From Carcharhinus amblyrhynchos (taxonomy: Eukaryota), in NCBI GenBank assembly GCA_965287045.1, contig OZ336873.1:45570001-45634000 (forward strand): 64,000 bases of DNA, written 5' to 3'. How positions within the stretch are numbered: the first letter of the stretch is position 1; each line of letters opens with the position of its first letter. Positions 25,155 through 36,082 of this stretch are shown one piece after another. The notes under the pieces were generated by a model. It saw nothing but the letters and a program-made list of their open reading frames with translations. It was not told the origin of the DNA and made no database searches. The position numbers and the translations under genes are program-made.

Positions 25155-26976
25155 CAGAGAATACTCCAACCTAACTTCCTTAGGTACAATGCAGATAATC
25201 TCTCACTTTCCCCACATTAAACACCATCTGTCATGGTTTTGCTCCCTCCCTAAATCCAGTGTCCTTTTGCAATTTTCTTTCACTCTGTACATTATTGTGC
25301 CACCTGACCTAGGGCAGTCATAATATCATATGAGGAGCAAGCCATTCAGCCCATCAAGCCTGAATGTAGCCTTAACTTTCTTGTCTGTCCCCCATAACAT
25401 CCCCCAACAACAATCAGGAATTTATCTAATCAGCCTTGAACATGTTCAATGACCTCGCCTCTCTTGTTCACTGTGCGAGAGAACTTTAATGACCCTCAAG
25501 AATAGAAAATGCTCATGGAACAAAGAAAATTACAGCACAGGAATAGGCCCTTTGGCCCTCCAAGCCTGCACCGACCATGCTGCCTGTCTGAATTAAAACC
25601 TGTTACCTTTCTGGGGACCATATCCTTCTATTCCCATCCTATTCATGTATTTGTCAAGATGCTCTTTAAAACTCACTATCATGTGTCCTTCCACTACCTC
25701 CTCCAGCAGCGAGTTCCAGGCACCCACCACCCTCTGTGTAAAAAACTTGCCTCATACATCTCCTTTAAACCTTGCCCCTCGCACCTTAAACCCGTGCCCC
25801 TAGTAGTGGACTCTTCTGCCCTGGAAAAAAGCTTCTGACTATCCACCGTGTCCCTGCCCCTCATAATCTTGTAGTCTTCTATCAGGTCGCCCCTCAACCT
25901 CCGTTATTCCAGCGAGAACAAACCAAGGTTCTCCAACCTCTCCTCATAGCTAATGCCCTCCATACCATGCAACATCCTGGTAAATCTTTTCTGTACCCTC
26001 TCTAAAGCCTCCACATCCTTCTGGTAGAGTGGTAAGCAGAATTGAACACTATATTCCAAGTGCGGCCTAACTAATGTTCTATAAAGCTGCAATATAACTT
26101 GCCAATTTTTAAAGTCAATGCCCTGGCTAATGAAGGCAAGCATACTGTATGCCTTCTTGATTATCTTCTCCACCTGCATTGCCATTTTCAGTGACCTGTG
26201 TACCTGTACATCCAGGTCCCTCTGCCTATCAATACTCCTAAGGGTTCTGCCATTTATTGTATGTTCCCTATCTGTATTAGGCCTTCCAAAATGCATTACC
26301 TCACATTTGTCCAGATTAAATTCCATCTGCCATCTCTCTGCCCAAGCCTCCAACAGATTTATATTCTATCCTCTGATGGTCCTCATCGCTATCCACAAAT
26401 CTACCAACCTTTGTGTTGTCCGCAAACTTACTAATGAATCCAGTTACATTTTCCTTCAAATCATTTCTAAATATTACAAACAGCAAAGGTCCCAGCATTG
26501 ATCCCTGAAGAACAACACTTGTCACAGCCTTCCATTCAGAAATACACCCTTCCATTGCTACCTGTGTCTTCTATGACTGAACCAGTTCTGTATCCATCTT
26601 GCCAGCTCACCTCTGATTCCATGCAACTTTGCCTTCTGCACTAGTCTGCCATGAGGGACCTTGTCAAAGGCCTTACTGAAGTCCACGTAGACAACATCCA
26701 CTGCCCTACCCTCAATTACCCCTGTCACTTCCTCGAAAAACTCGATCAAGGTCGTGAGACATGACCTCCCCTTCACAAAAACATGTTGTCTCTCACTAAT
26801 ACGTCCACTTATTTCCAAGTGGGAGTAAATCCTGTCTCGAAGAATCCTCCCCAATAATTTCCCTACCACTGACACAAGGCTCACTGGCCTGTAATTATCT
26901 GGATTATTCATGCTACCCTTCTTAAAGAAAGGAACAACATTGGCTGTTCCCCAATCCTCTGGGGCCTCCCCTGTAG

Positions 26977-27181
26977 AGATGCCAGTGTTGGACTGGGGTA
27001 AACACAGTAAGAAGTCTCACAACACCAGGTTAGAGTCTATCCAGTTTATTTGATAGTAATCTCACAAGCCTTTGGAAATGGTGTTCCTTCGTCAGGTGTG
27101 GAACACCATTTCCGAAGGCTTGTGAGATTACTATCAAATAAACTGGTTGGACTCTAACCTGGTGTTGAGACTTCTTACTGT
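26977..27181 (-). mobile_element. Penelope-type family A palindromic insertion
   Basis: About 85-bp inverted arms 27003-27087 and 27100-27182; TSD GGCCTCCCCTGTAG (26963-26976) / GACCTCCCCTATAG (27182-27195). Confidence 0.85.
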
Positions 27182-27941
27182 GACCTCCCCTATAGCCAGT
27201 GAGGATACAAAGATTTCTCTCAAGGCCCCATCAATTTCCACCCTTGCCTCTCTCAATATTCTGGGGTATGTCCCATCAGGCTCTGGGGACTTGTCTACCT
27301 TAATGTTTCTCAAGAACGCCAATACCACCTTCTTTTTGATCTCAACATGACTCCAAATATCTACACACCCTTTCCTAGATTCATCACCCACCAAGTCCTT
27401 CTCTTTGGTGAATTTTGACACAAAGCACTCATTTAGTACCTCGCCCATTTCCTCTGGCTCCACATATAGATTTCCTCCCTTGTCCTTGAGTGGGCCAACC
27501 TCCTCCCTGTTACCTTCTTGGTCTTTATATATGTATAAAAAGCCTTAGGATTTTCCTTAATTCTGCTGGCCAATGATTTTTTGTGATCCCTTTTAGACCT
27601 CCTTACTCCTTGCTTAAGTTTTTATTTATCTTGTATTCCACACTTGCTTCCCAGTCTCCTAACCTTGGCAATTGTTTCCTTTTTCTCTTTGACAAGACTC
27701 ACAATATCTCTCATTATCCAAGGCTCCCAAAACTTGCCATTCTTATCCTTCATTCTTACAGGAATGTGCTGGTCCTGAATCCCTATCAACCTACACTTGA
27801 AAGCATCCCAGATGCCAGATGTTGATCTTCCCTCAAACATCTGCCCCCAATCTCCAGTCTTCAGTTCCTGCCTAATATTGTTATAATTAGTCTTCCCCCG
27901 GTTTAGCACTTTAACTTGAGGACTACACTTATCTTTATCCA

Positions 27942-29465
27942 TTGCTCGACAGACTGGAGGGGCTGATTGTGGACAAGTCCCCAGGACCGGATGGAATGCA
28001 TCCGAGGGTTCTGAAAGAAATGGCGGAGGTGATAGTGGATGCCTTGGTGGTTATTTTCCAGACGTCGCTGGATTCCGGGGAAGTGCCGGAAGATTGGAAA
28101 ACGGCTAATGTTACGCCGTTGTTTAAGAAGGGTGCCAGGCAAAAGGCGGGGAATTATAGGCCGGTTAGTTTAACGTCTGTGGTAGGTAAAATGTTAGAAT
28201 CCGTCATTAAGGAGGAAATTGCGAGGCATCTTGAAGGGAATTGCTTGATAGGGCGGACGCAACACGGTTTCATTAAAGGGAAGTCGTGTCTGACAAATTT
28301 ACTGGAGTTCTATGAGGATGTGTCTAGGGCAGTGGATAGAGGAGAGCCTGTGGATGTGGTCTTTCTGGATTTTCAGAAGGCGTTTGACAAGGTACCTCAC
28401 AAGAGGTTATTGCAGAAGGTCAGGGGACATGGAGTTGGGGGTAGGGTGTTAGCGTGGATAGAGGATTGGTTGTCAAATAGGAGGCAGAGAGTGGGGGTCA
28501 ATGGGTGCTATTCGGATTGGCGGTTGGTGACTAGTGGGGTGCCCCAGGGGTCGGTGCTGGGGCCTCAGCTATTTACCATTTATATAGATGATCTGGAGGA
28601 GGGAACCGAGTGCAGGGTGTCGAAATTTGCTGATGACACCAAGATTGGGGGAAAGGCAAATTGTGCGGAGGGTGTGGAGAGTCTGCAGAAGGATCTAGAT
28701 AGGCTGGGCGAATGGGCCAGGAAATGGCAAATGGAATTTAATGTTGGCAAGTGTGAGGTGGTCCACTTTGGTAGGAAGAATGGTAGGAAGGACTATTACT
28801 TACGTGGCGAAAAACTGCAGCAGGCGACGGTGCAGAGGGACCTCGGGGTCCTTGTGCATGAGTCGCAAAAACCCAGCTTGCAGGTGCAGCAGGTGGTCAG
28901 GAAGGCAAATGGGATGCTGGCCTTCATAGCGAGGGGGATTGAATATAAAAGTAGGGAGGTCTTGCTGCAGCTGTATAGGGCATTGGTGAGGCCGCAGCTG
29001 GAGTACTGTGTGCAGTTTTGGGCGCCGCACCTGCGCAAGGATATTTTGGCCCTGGAGGGAGTGCAGAGGAGGTTTACTAGGCTGATACCGGAGTTGAGGG
29101 GATTGAGCTATGAGGAGAGGCTGAATAAACTAGGCTTGTACTCGTTAGAGTTTAGAAGAATGAGGGGAGATCTCATTGAGACGTATAAGATGATGAATGG
29201 GATGGATAGGATAGAGGTGGAGAGACTCTTCCCGCTCAAAAAAGACAGTAGGACTAGGGGGCACAGCCTCAAGATAAAGGGGAGGCGGTTTAGAACGGAG
29301 TTGAGGAGGAACTTCTTCACTCAAAGGGTGGTGAATCTCTGGAATTCTCTGCCCGTTGAAGTGGTGGAGGCTGCCTCGCTAAATATTTTTAAGAAGCGGG
29401 TTGATGGGTTCTTGATAAGAGAGGGGATTAAGGGTTATGGGGAGAGGGCGGGAAAGTGGAACTGA
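27942..29465 (+). CDS. CR1 ORF2 fragment with complete uninterrupted RT domain (no endonuclease)
   Basis: 507 aa: KSPGPDGMHP, NYRPVSLTS, QHGF, LDFQKAFD, GVPQGSVLGP, FADD. Confidence 0.92.
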   Translation: MLDRLEGLIVDKSPGPDGMHPRVLKEMAEVIVDALVVIFQTSLDSGEVPEDWKTANVTPLFKKGARQKAGNYRPVSLTSVVGKMLESVIKEEIARHLEGNCLIGRTQHGFIKGKSCLTNLLEFYEDVSRAVDRGEPVDVVFLDFQKAFDKVPHKRLLQKVRGHGVGGRVLAWIEDWLSNRRQRVGVNGCYSDWRLVTSGVPQGSVLGPQLFTIYIDDLEEGTECRVSKFADDTKIGGKANCAEGVESLQKDLDRLGEWARKWQMEFNVGKCEVVHFGRKNGRKDYYLRGEKLQQATVQRDLGVLVHESQKPSLQVQQVVRKANGMLAFIARGIEYKSREVLLQLYRALVRPQLEYCVQFWAPHLRKDILALEGVQRRFTRLIPELRGLSYEERLNKLGLYSLEFRRMRGDLIETYKMMNGMDRIEVERLFPLKKDSRTRGHSLKIKGRRFRTELRRNFFTQRVVNLWNSLPVEVVEAASLNIFKKRVDGFLIREGIKGYGERAGKWN

Positions 29466-29565
29466 GCTACAACAGATCAGCCATGATCTTATTGAATGGC
29501 GGGGCAGGCTCGAAGGGCTAGATGGCCTACTCCTGCTCCTATTTCTTATGTTCTTATGTTCTTAT
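27943..29565 (+). mobile_element. Young CR1 LINE, 5'-truncated, antisense inside old CR1
   Basis: (TTCTTATG)n tail; removing it restores the host frame VSFKIL-MDKDKCSPQV. Confidence 0.98.
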
Positions 29566-30089
29566 CAATATTTTAAAGCTGACTGAATTGTGGTCACTGT
29601 TCCTGAACTGCTCCCCTACTGAAACTTCAACCACCTGGCCAGGCTCATTCCCCAATACTAGGTCCAATATGACCCCTTCTCTAGTTGGGCTATTTACATA
29701 CTGTTTCCAGAAGTCCTCCTGGATGATCCTTACAAACTCTGTACCATCCATGCTCCTAGCACTGTGAGTCCCAGTCAATATAGGGGAAGTTAAAATCTCC
29801 CACCACAACAATCCTGTTACTTCTACACCTTGCCAAAATCTGCCTACATATCTGTTCTTCTATCTCCTGCTGGCTGTTGGGCAGCCTATTGTAAACCTCC
29901 AACATTGTGATTGCATCTTCCTATTCCTGAGCTCTATCCATATTGCCTCGCTGTATGAGCCCTCCGAGGCGTCCAGCAGTACAGCTGTGATATTCTCCTA
30001 ATGATGTGGAGATGCCGGCATTGGACTGGGGTAAACAGAGCAAGAAATCTGACAACACTAAATTAACAACCGATTTATTTGATAGTAAA

Positions 30090-30127
30090 CTCACAAGCTT
30101 TCGGGGTTTCTCCCTTCGTCAGGTGAA
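30090..30127 (-). ncRNA. Minimal type I hammerhead ribozyme motif (other arm)
   Basis: UUCAC-CUGACGA-A-GGG agaaac CCC-GAAA-GCUU-GUGAG. Confidence 0.7.
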
Positions 30128-30150
30128 TGGAGTGAATGGAGAACTCTCCA

Positions 30151-30188
30151 TTCACCTGATGAAGGGAGAAACCCTGAAAGCTTGTGAG
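30151..30188 (+). ncRNA. Minimal type I hammerhead ribozyme motif
   Basis: UUCAC-CUGAUGA-AGGG agaaa CCCU-GAAA-GCUU-GUGAG: core boxes, helix II, helix I, palindromic AAGCUU helix III. Confidence 0.7.
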
Positions 30189-30751
30189 TTTACTATCAAA
30201 TAAATCGGTTGGACTAATCCTGGTGTTGTCAGATTTCTTAGTATATTGTCCTTAACCAGTAGTGCAATTCCCCCACCAGTTTTACATCCTGCTCTATCCT
30301 GTCTGAAACACCTGTAACCTGAAATGTTAAGCTGCCAATCCTGTCTTTTCCTTAACCCAAGTCTCTGTAATAGTAACAACATCATAGTTCCAAGTACTAA
30401 TCCAAGCTCTAAGTTCATCTGCCTTGCCTGTAACACTTCTCACATTGAAACAAATGCACTTCAGTCCATCAGACCCTCTTTGATTAGCAACCACACCCTA
30501 CCTGCTCTTTCTGAGTCTTACTTGCCCTACTCTTTGGTTCCCCTTCAGTTAATTCACCTTTGCTTTGGTTCCCATCCCCTTGCCAAATTAGTTTAAATTC
30601 TCCCATGTGACACACTAGCAAACCAGAATATTTATGCCTTTCCAGTTTAGATGCAACCCGTCTTTCTTGTACAGGTCGTACCTATCCTGGATGAGACCCC
30701 AGTGGTCCAAATATCTAAAACCCTCCCTCCTACACCAGCTATTTGTGCAGC

Positions 30752-31507
30752 TCAACATGTGGCTACCCTCCTATTCCTAGCCTCACTAGCACATGGCACA
30801 AGGAGTACTCCTGAGAGTACAAGCCTAGAGGTCCTATTTTTTAACTTTCTACCTAACTCCCTAAATTGCTGTTGCAGGACCTCATCACTCTTCCTACCTA
30901 TGTCATTAGTACCAATACATACCACGGCCTCTGGCTGTTCAGCTTCTCCCTTCAGAATACTTTCTGCCCATTCAGAGACATCCTGGATCTTGGCACCAGA
31001 GAAGCAACATACCATCCTAGAGTCTCTCTCATATCCACAGAAGCACCTAACTGCACCCCTAACAATAGAATCCCCTATATCTATTGTGTTAGTGCTTTTT
31101 GTCCTCCCTGCTTAATAACAGAGCCAGCCGTGGTGCCACTGCTTTGGCTGCTGCTGCTGTTGTCCCTAGATAGGCCATTCCCACCACCCCCACCCCAAAA
31201 GTATCCAAAACAGTATACTTGTTAGAGAGGACTACAACCACAAGGATTCCTGCACTGACTGTCTGCCCCTTCTAGTGGTCATCCATCTATATGCCTGCAC
31301 CTTGGGTGTGACCACTTCTCTAAAGCTCCTATCTATGACACTTTCCGCCATCATCATGATGCTCCTTAGTGCATCCAACTGCTGCTTCAACTTATCTATG
31401 CTGTCTGTAAGAAGCTGCATTTGGCTGCACTTCCTGCAGGTGTAGGCGCCCGAGATATTGGAAGCGTCACAGATCTCCCACATCTCAAGTGCAGCACTTA
31501 ACTCCAC
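30752..31507 (-). pseudogene. CR1 ORF1 remnant (CxxC finger, coiled coil, GDSL/SGNH esterase)
   Basis: ORFs 31232-31507 and 30752-31015; GTND esterase block. Confidence 0.85.
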
Positions 31508-32359
31508 TGACTGACATTTTTAGCACCAATTAAGTTATGAGAAAATTTATAAAACTCTTACCTTCACTTTTACCTTCTCACAATGGCTATTATTGGTTGG
31601 AGGAGCAAGGGTGCCTCATTTCAGCCTTATTTTTAAACTGTGCCACTAGTTCTAGATTGCTACCCCTCACCCAAAGAAGAGATATCATCTTAGTGTGTAC
31701 CTCATCATGTCTTTGCAAAATCTTGCGTTTCAATACCATTACTTCATTCTTCAAGACTCCAATGGGTATAAGCACAATCTGCTTAATCTTCCCTTGTGAG
31801 AAAAGGGCTTGGTCCAAGAAATCAGCTTATTGAACCTTCACTGAGCTGCTTCCAATGAAAATATTTCCTTTCTATGAGGCCAAAATACTTGGTGTAGTCT
31901 TTGCCGATGCTAGATTTCCCTACTCTTATATTGGCCCATAAATTCTGATCGCTAGCAGAAATGTATAGTGCGCCAAAGATAAAATTGCATTTTTGTGTTT
32001 CTGCTGAAACTACCAATGGATGCAGCAGCCTTGGATGGTCAGCACAACCATCTCACCAGTGCCAAGCGCACTGCAAGAGATTGCTAACCATGCTCCCTTA
32101 TGACGCAGTAAACCTGGAAATGCCTACTGAGGTCCGAGCTCCAAAAGGCAGTTTTGCATTGAAAACTGGATCCACTGATCTTACAAAAGGTATGTATTTG
32201 TGATTTTTTTGCTATTAAGTAATTAATACTACTGTTTATGACTCCCTCAAACTGTATTTTAATTTATTTTAATTATTGAAAATTAGTATTATATATAAAT
32301 AAACAAATGTTTTATTTGTTTCAAATTTGTGGAAGTACTCTATAGAATCATAGATTGAT

Positions 32360-32487
32360 AGGGGTGAACTTTCTTGTTCAATATGCCACAGGAATTGTAG
32401 CAGGTGAGGAGCAGACCATGGAACAGTCCGTTAACCTCAGGCAGGATTTTCCAATTTCGGAGCAAATGCGGTCGGAAAATCCCGTCC
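32360..32487. mobile_element. Possible short PIF/Harbinger-type MITE
   Basis: Ends ggggtgaactttc ... ggaaaatcccgtcc, internal ggcaggattttcc; imperfect TIR. Confidence 0.3.
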
Positions 32488-32489
32488 AC

Positions 32490-32781
32490 AAAATCTCTAC
32501 ACTGCAGAAGTAGGTCATTCAGCCCATCGAGCCTGCACCAACAATTCCACCTAGGCTGTAACCCCATGAATTTATGTTGCTAATCCTCCTGACACTAAGA
32601 GGCAATTTAGCATGGCAAATCAATCTAACAGGCACATTTTTGAACTATGGGAGAAAACCAGAGCACATAAGGAAATCCACGTAGGCACAGGGAGAATGTG
32701 CAAAATCCATAAAGACACCTGAGGCCGAAATTGAACCCAGTCCCTGGGTCTGTGAGGCAGCAGTGTTAACCACTGTGCTGC
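32490..32781 (-). mobile_element. HE1/V-SINE with CR1-type tail
   Basis: tgtgaggcagcagtgttaaccactgtg head; gggagaatgtgcaaa V domain. Confidence 0.85.
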
Positions 32782-33279
32782 TTTAAATCTGCATTGTATT
32801 ACTGTGTAACTTTTTAAATTATGTGGCATGCTTATAAGTGTTTGTATATTTTAGTTTAGAATATGGTCATAACTTCTTGAACAATGATTTGGATACCTGC
32901 ATGAAATCGATCAAAAGGAAAATTCATGTTTTGGGCCATGAAAAATCTAGATGTTCCTATCATTAGTATTCTTCTGCCTTGCTTACTTATTTATAATTCT
33001 CATATTTAACTGTTCTGTATGTTTAATTAAAGCATTTATATAATTTCATATTTAAATGTTTGTTTTATTTCAGTAAAGCATTAGTAGTTTAACGGAAATA
33101 TTTGACAAAAATATTATAAATACTAAATTTTGATACCACGTTAACATTTAACTAAATATTTTACTTCAGCAGTTGCACTGACGTTGCTTTGTCTTTTCAA
33201 TTTTCTTACAAAATATATATCTCCAACAACAATCAATAAAATATCCATACATTAACATAACAATTATGTTGTCACTAAA

Positions 33280-33378
33280 CAAGGAGGGAAGGATGGATAT
33301 TGAGGAGGGGCAAGGAGAAGAGGGAGAAAAAGATGGGACAAGGAGGGAGAAGGGGAGAAGGAAAAGGAGGGAAGGGTT
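33280..33378. repeat. GA-rich low-complexity purine tract
   Basis: aaggagggaaggatgg...gagggagaaggggagaaggaaaaggagggaaggg. Confidence 0.7.
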
Positions 33379-34059
33379 TGAATTTTACATGCACAGTGAC
33401 TTTTCCATGCCTACAAAGTCTCAAAGAGAACTTCAGTTAAGAATTCAACTGATAAAGTGCAATGTTCCAGTGGAGGTAGAACATGACTCCAATTTTCAAG
33501 CTGCATTGGATTCTGTAATACCGAATTCACATCAGTTTACAGGAGACTTGCATATGTCATCTTAATTGAATGCTTTCTTAAAGCATTTGAGATAACTGAG
33601 TTACACAAGGATCAGGGAGACTTTTAAAATAGGTTTAAAAACTGCATAAAATATAATGCAAAATCCAAATGCTGAAATTGATTCCAGACACTGACATCCA
33701 CTTTGTTATAGAAAAACAAACTTTTTTAATGCAATTCATTGTTATGACAAAGTTGTAAAAGAAAATTTTTAAATAATTTATTTCACTTTCTGTGCTTTAC
33801 TCATACGTTAAAACATCTTTTAAAAACATGTACAGAAACAGACAACCCAAAGATTGTCTGTTGCCTCTATATGCTATAGCTAAAAAAGTGCAAATAAATG
33901 AAAGGGCAAAAACTCACCTAACAACAGCACAAATGCTGGAGGAATTGCAGCTTAGCGCTTCAGGGCCAGCAGCTTTCAGAACCTCAACCGGAAGTTTAAA
34001 ATTGGCAGTCTTTCAGCACACACGCGTGTGCAGGAGGACTTCCATGATGTCCCACGGGC

Positions 34060-35460
34060 ATGTGTAATGTTTATTCAATGTACCCCAGCATTTTGGACTG
34101 GAAGTTACACTTCATTCTGACGCCCCCCCCCCTTGCAATAAAGGCCAACACTCCATTTGTCTTACCAATTGCCACACCTGCATTTTGTGATGCATGTAAA
34201 CAATATTCTGAATTTACATCCTTCTTGCCAAAATGGGTAATATTTTCCCAATTATACTTAATTTCTTTTGGCCACTTACTAAACCTATCATTATGCAAGC
34301 TCTTTACATTGTCCTCGCAATTTTACTTCCTACCCATTTTTGTACTGACAGCAATCTGGCTATAACACAGTCAATCCCTTCATCCAAGTCATTAATATAG
34401 ATTTCGGATATACAGTTCTCTATTCCTTTATCCAAGTCCGGCGACACATTGGTTAACGCCAGGGACTCGGGTTCGATTCCCACCTTGGGTTACAGTCTGT
34501 GTGGAATCTACCCATGTCTGCATGGATTTCCTTCAGGTGCTCCCGGTTTTCTCCCACTGTCCAAAAGATGTGCCGGTTAGGTGCATTGACCATGCTAAAT
34601 TCTCCCTCAGTGTGCCCGATCAGGCGCCAGAGTATGGCAACTAGGGCATTTTCACAGTAACGTCATTGCAGTGTTAATGTAAGCTACTTGCGACACTAAT
34701 AAATAAAACTCTAAAACTTTACAAACAAAATAATAAAAACCGAGCCCCCAGCCCCCCACCAACCTACCAATCTCTCCTACCTCCTCACCAATTCCCTATA
34801 CAAGCCTAGATTGCCCCCAATTCCATTCTCTATTTTTTGTCATCAATCTCTCATGTGGAACCTTTCTGAATCCACAGACACTTCCTTTATTGCTCATTAG
34901 TTGAATTTATTTGAGAAGACAGCCAAGTCTGTTGGACAAGACTTACCCTTTATAAATACACATTGGGTCTCTTTCATCAATAAAAAGTGATCCCTAATAG
35001 ACTCCAATAACTTTTCTACAACTGACATTCAACTATCAAAATTTTAGGCCTATTAGTCTACTTCTACCCTTCTTATATAATCAAGTGACATTGACAGTTT
35101 TCCCAAAGAACAATTCTTGAATCAAGAGTGCTTTGGAAGATTGAGATTGACAGATCTACATTTTAAATCCCTAGGTTGAAACCATGAGATCTGGAAATTT
35201 ATGGTTAATTTCATCAGTTCTTCTTTTGACATTAAAAAAAATTGAACCAAGTCAGTTCAATGCTTTGAGTATTTTTGTATCTCTGATACTTTTATCCACA
35301 TCAACTACTTTTTACAGTGACACAAAGCAATTATTTAGCAATTTTGCCATTTCCTGATTTCCAATTATTTTGTCCGAGTCTTTCATTAAGAGCCCACATC
35401 ATTCTTAGCCATTCTCTTTAACACGTTTGCAAAAACATTGATTCTTTTGTGTTCCTTCTT
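34060..35460 (-). mobile_element. Old CR1 ORF2 fragments interrupted by a V-SINE
   Basis: ORF 34071-34298 GKTNGVLAFIARG; further decayed RT sequence 34740-35460. Confidence 0.55.
34440..34720 (+). mobile_element. V-SINE tail type 2
   Basis: gggttcgattcccaccttgggt...gcagtgttaatgtaagctacttgcgacactaataaataaa. Confidence 0.85.
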
Positions 35461-36082
35461 ACAGAAAACTTTAAAAATAGTTCATTTAAATTAGGATGTG
35501 CTTCTTGGGAACAGGTGAGGTTTAATTTATGGGACATTTATTTATAATCTGGCGATTAAAGTCAGAGGGCCAAGAATTCCCATGACCCTCCCAAACCATT
35601 CCCATCATAAGAGCAGCAGGAATGTGACAAAGGGGCACAATTCAAACAGACTAAATAAGAGCCTTCTCTGACAGTATCAGCAGCATCACTGTCCACTGCA
35701 AACAAACTTCCCAGTGCTAGAAGTGGCATTGCTAGGGTTTTCTCAGCGTTGGCTTGCCAAAGCAGCTATAGGTCAACTGGCCAAAAGTTCCACACCAACG
35801 TGGATGCCCAGGTGGATTAGGTTTATATTGTGACCTTTCCCAGACTCTGGATACTTTGGAGGGTTCAGCACTGCATGGCCCAGTGGGTGCATCCCTGTAC
35901 TTAAGCCAAGAATGATAGCCAAAAAGTAGTAAGGTCCCAGAATTTATTTTGTATAGTGTCTTTACAGTAATATATTCTCCAATGCCTTGTTAAGATGAAG
36001 AGGGCCTGCTGTTCATTCTTTAATTTAAATTGTAATTAACTTCAGGGAAGAGAAAAGCCAACTCCTGTTTTCTTTAAAATTG

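Larger units (their letters stand above)
30002..30241 (-). mobile_element. Penelope-type family A palindromic insertion
   Basis: Inverted arms about 30039-30132 and 30146-30239; degenerate TSD ATATTCTCCT (29990) / ATATTGTCCT (30243). Confidence 0.85.
25517..31620 (-). mobile_element. Near full-length older CR1 LINE (ORF1 zinc finger/coiled coil and SGNH esterase; ORF2 APE endonuclease and RT), decayed, with nested insertions
   Basis: ORF1 MWEICDAS...CRKCSQMQLL, CFSGAKIQDV, CIGTNDIG; EN GGGIALLVKD, LDLVLGNE...SDHNSV; RT NYRPVSL, DFSKAFDKVPH, KFADN; ggaacaaagaaa tail at 25517. Confidence 0.93.

Noticed and set aside
1571-29320. Repeated ORFs MKKFLLNSVLN... and MRK/RCGAQNCTQY... as a small gene family
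   Set aside because: They are antisense frames of CR1 ORF2 copies
27942-29465. 507-aa RT ORF as a domesticated gene or retron-like system
   Set aside because: 5'-truncated copy of a young CR1, with a TTG start at the junction and near-identical siblings; openness reflects youth
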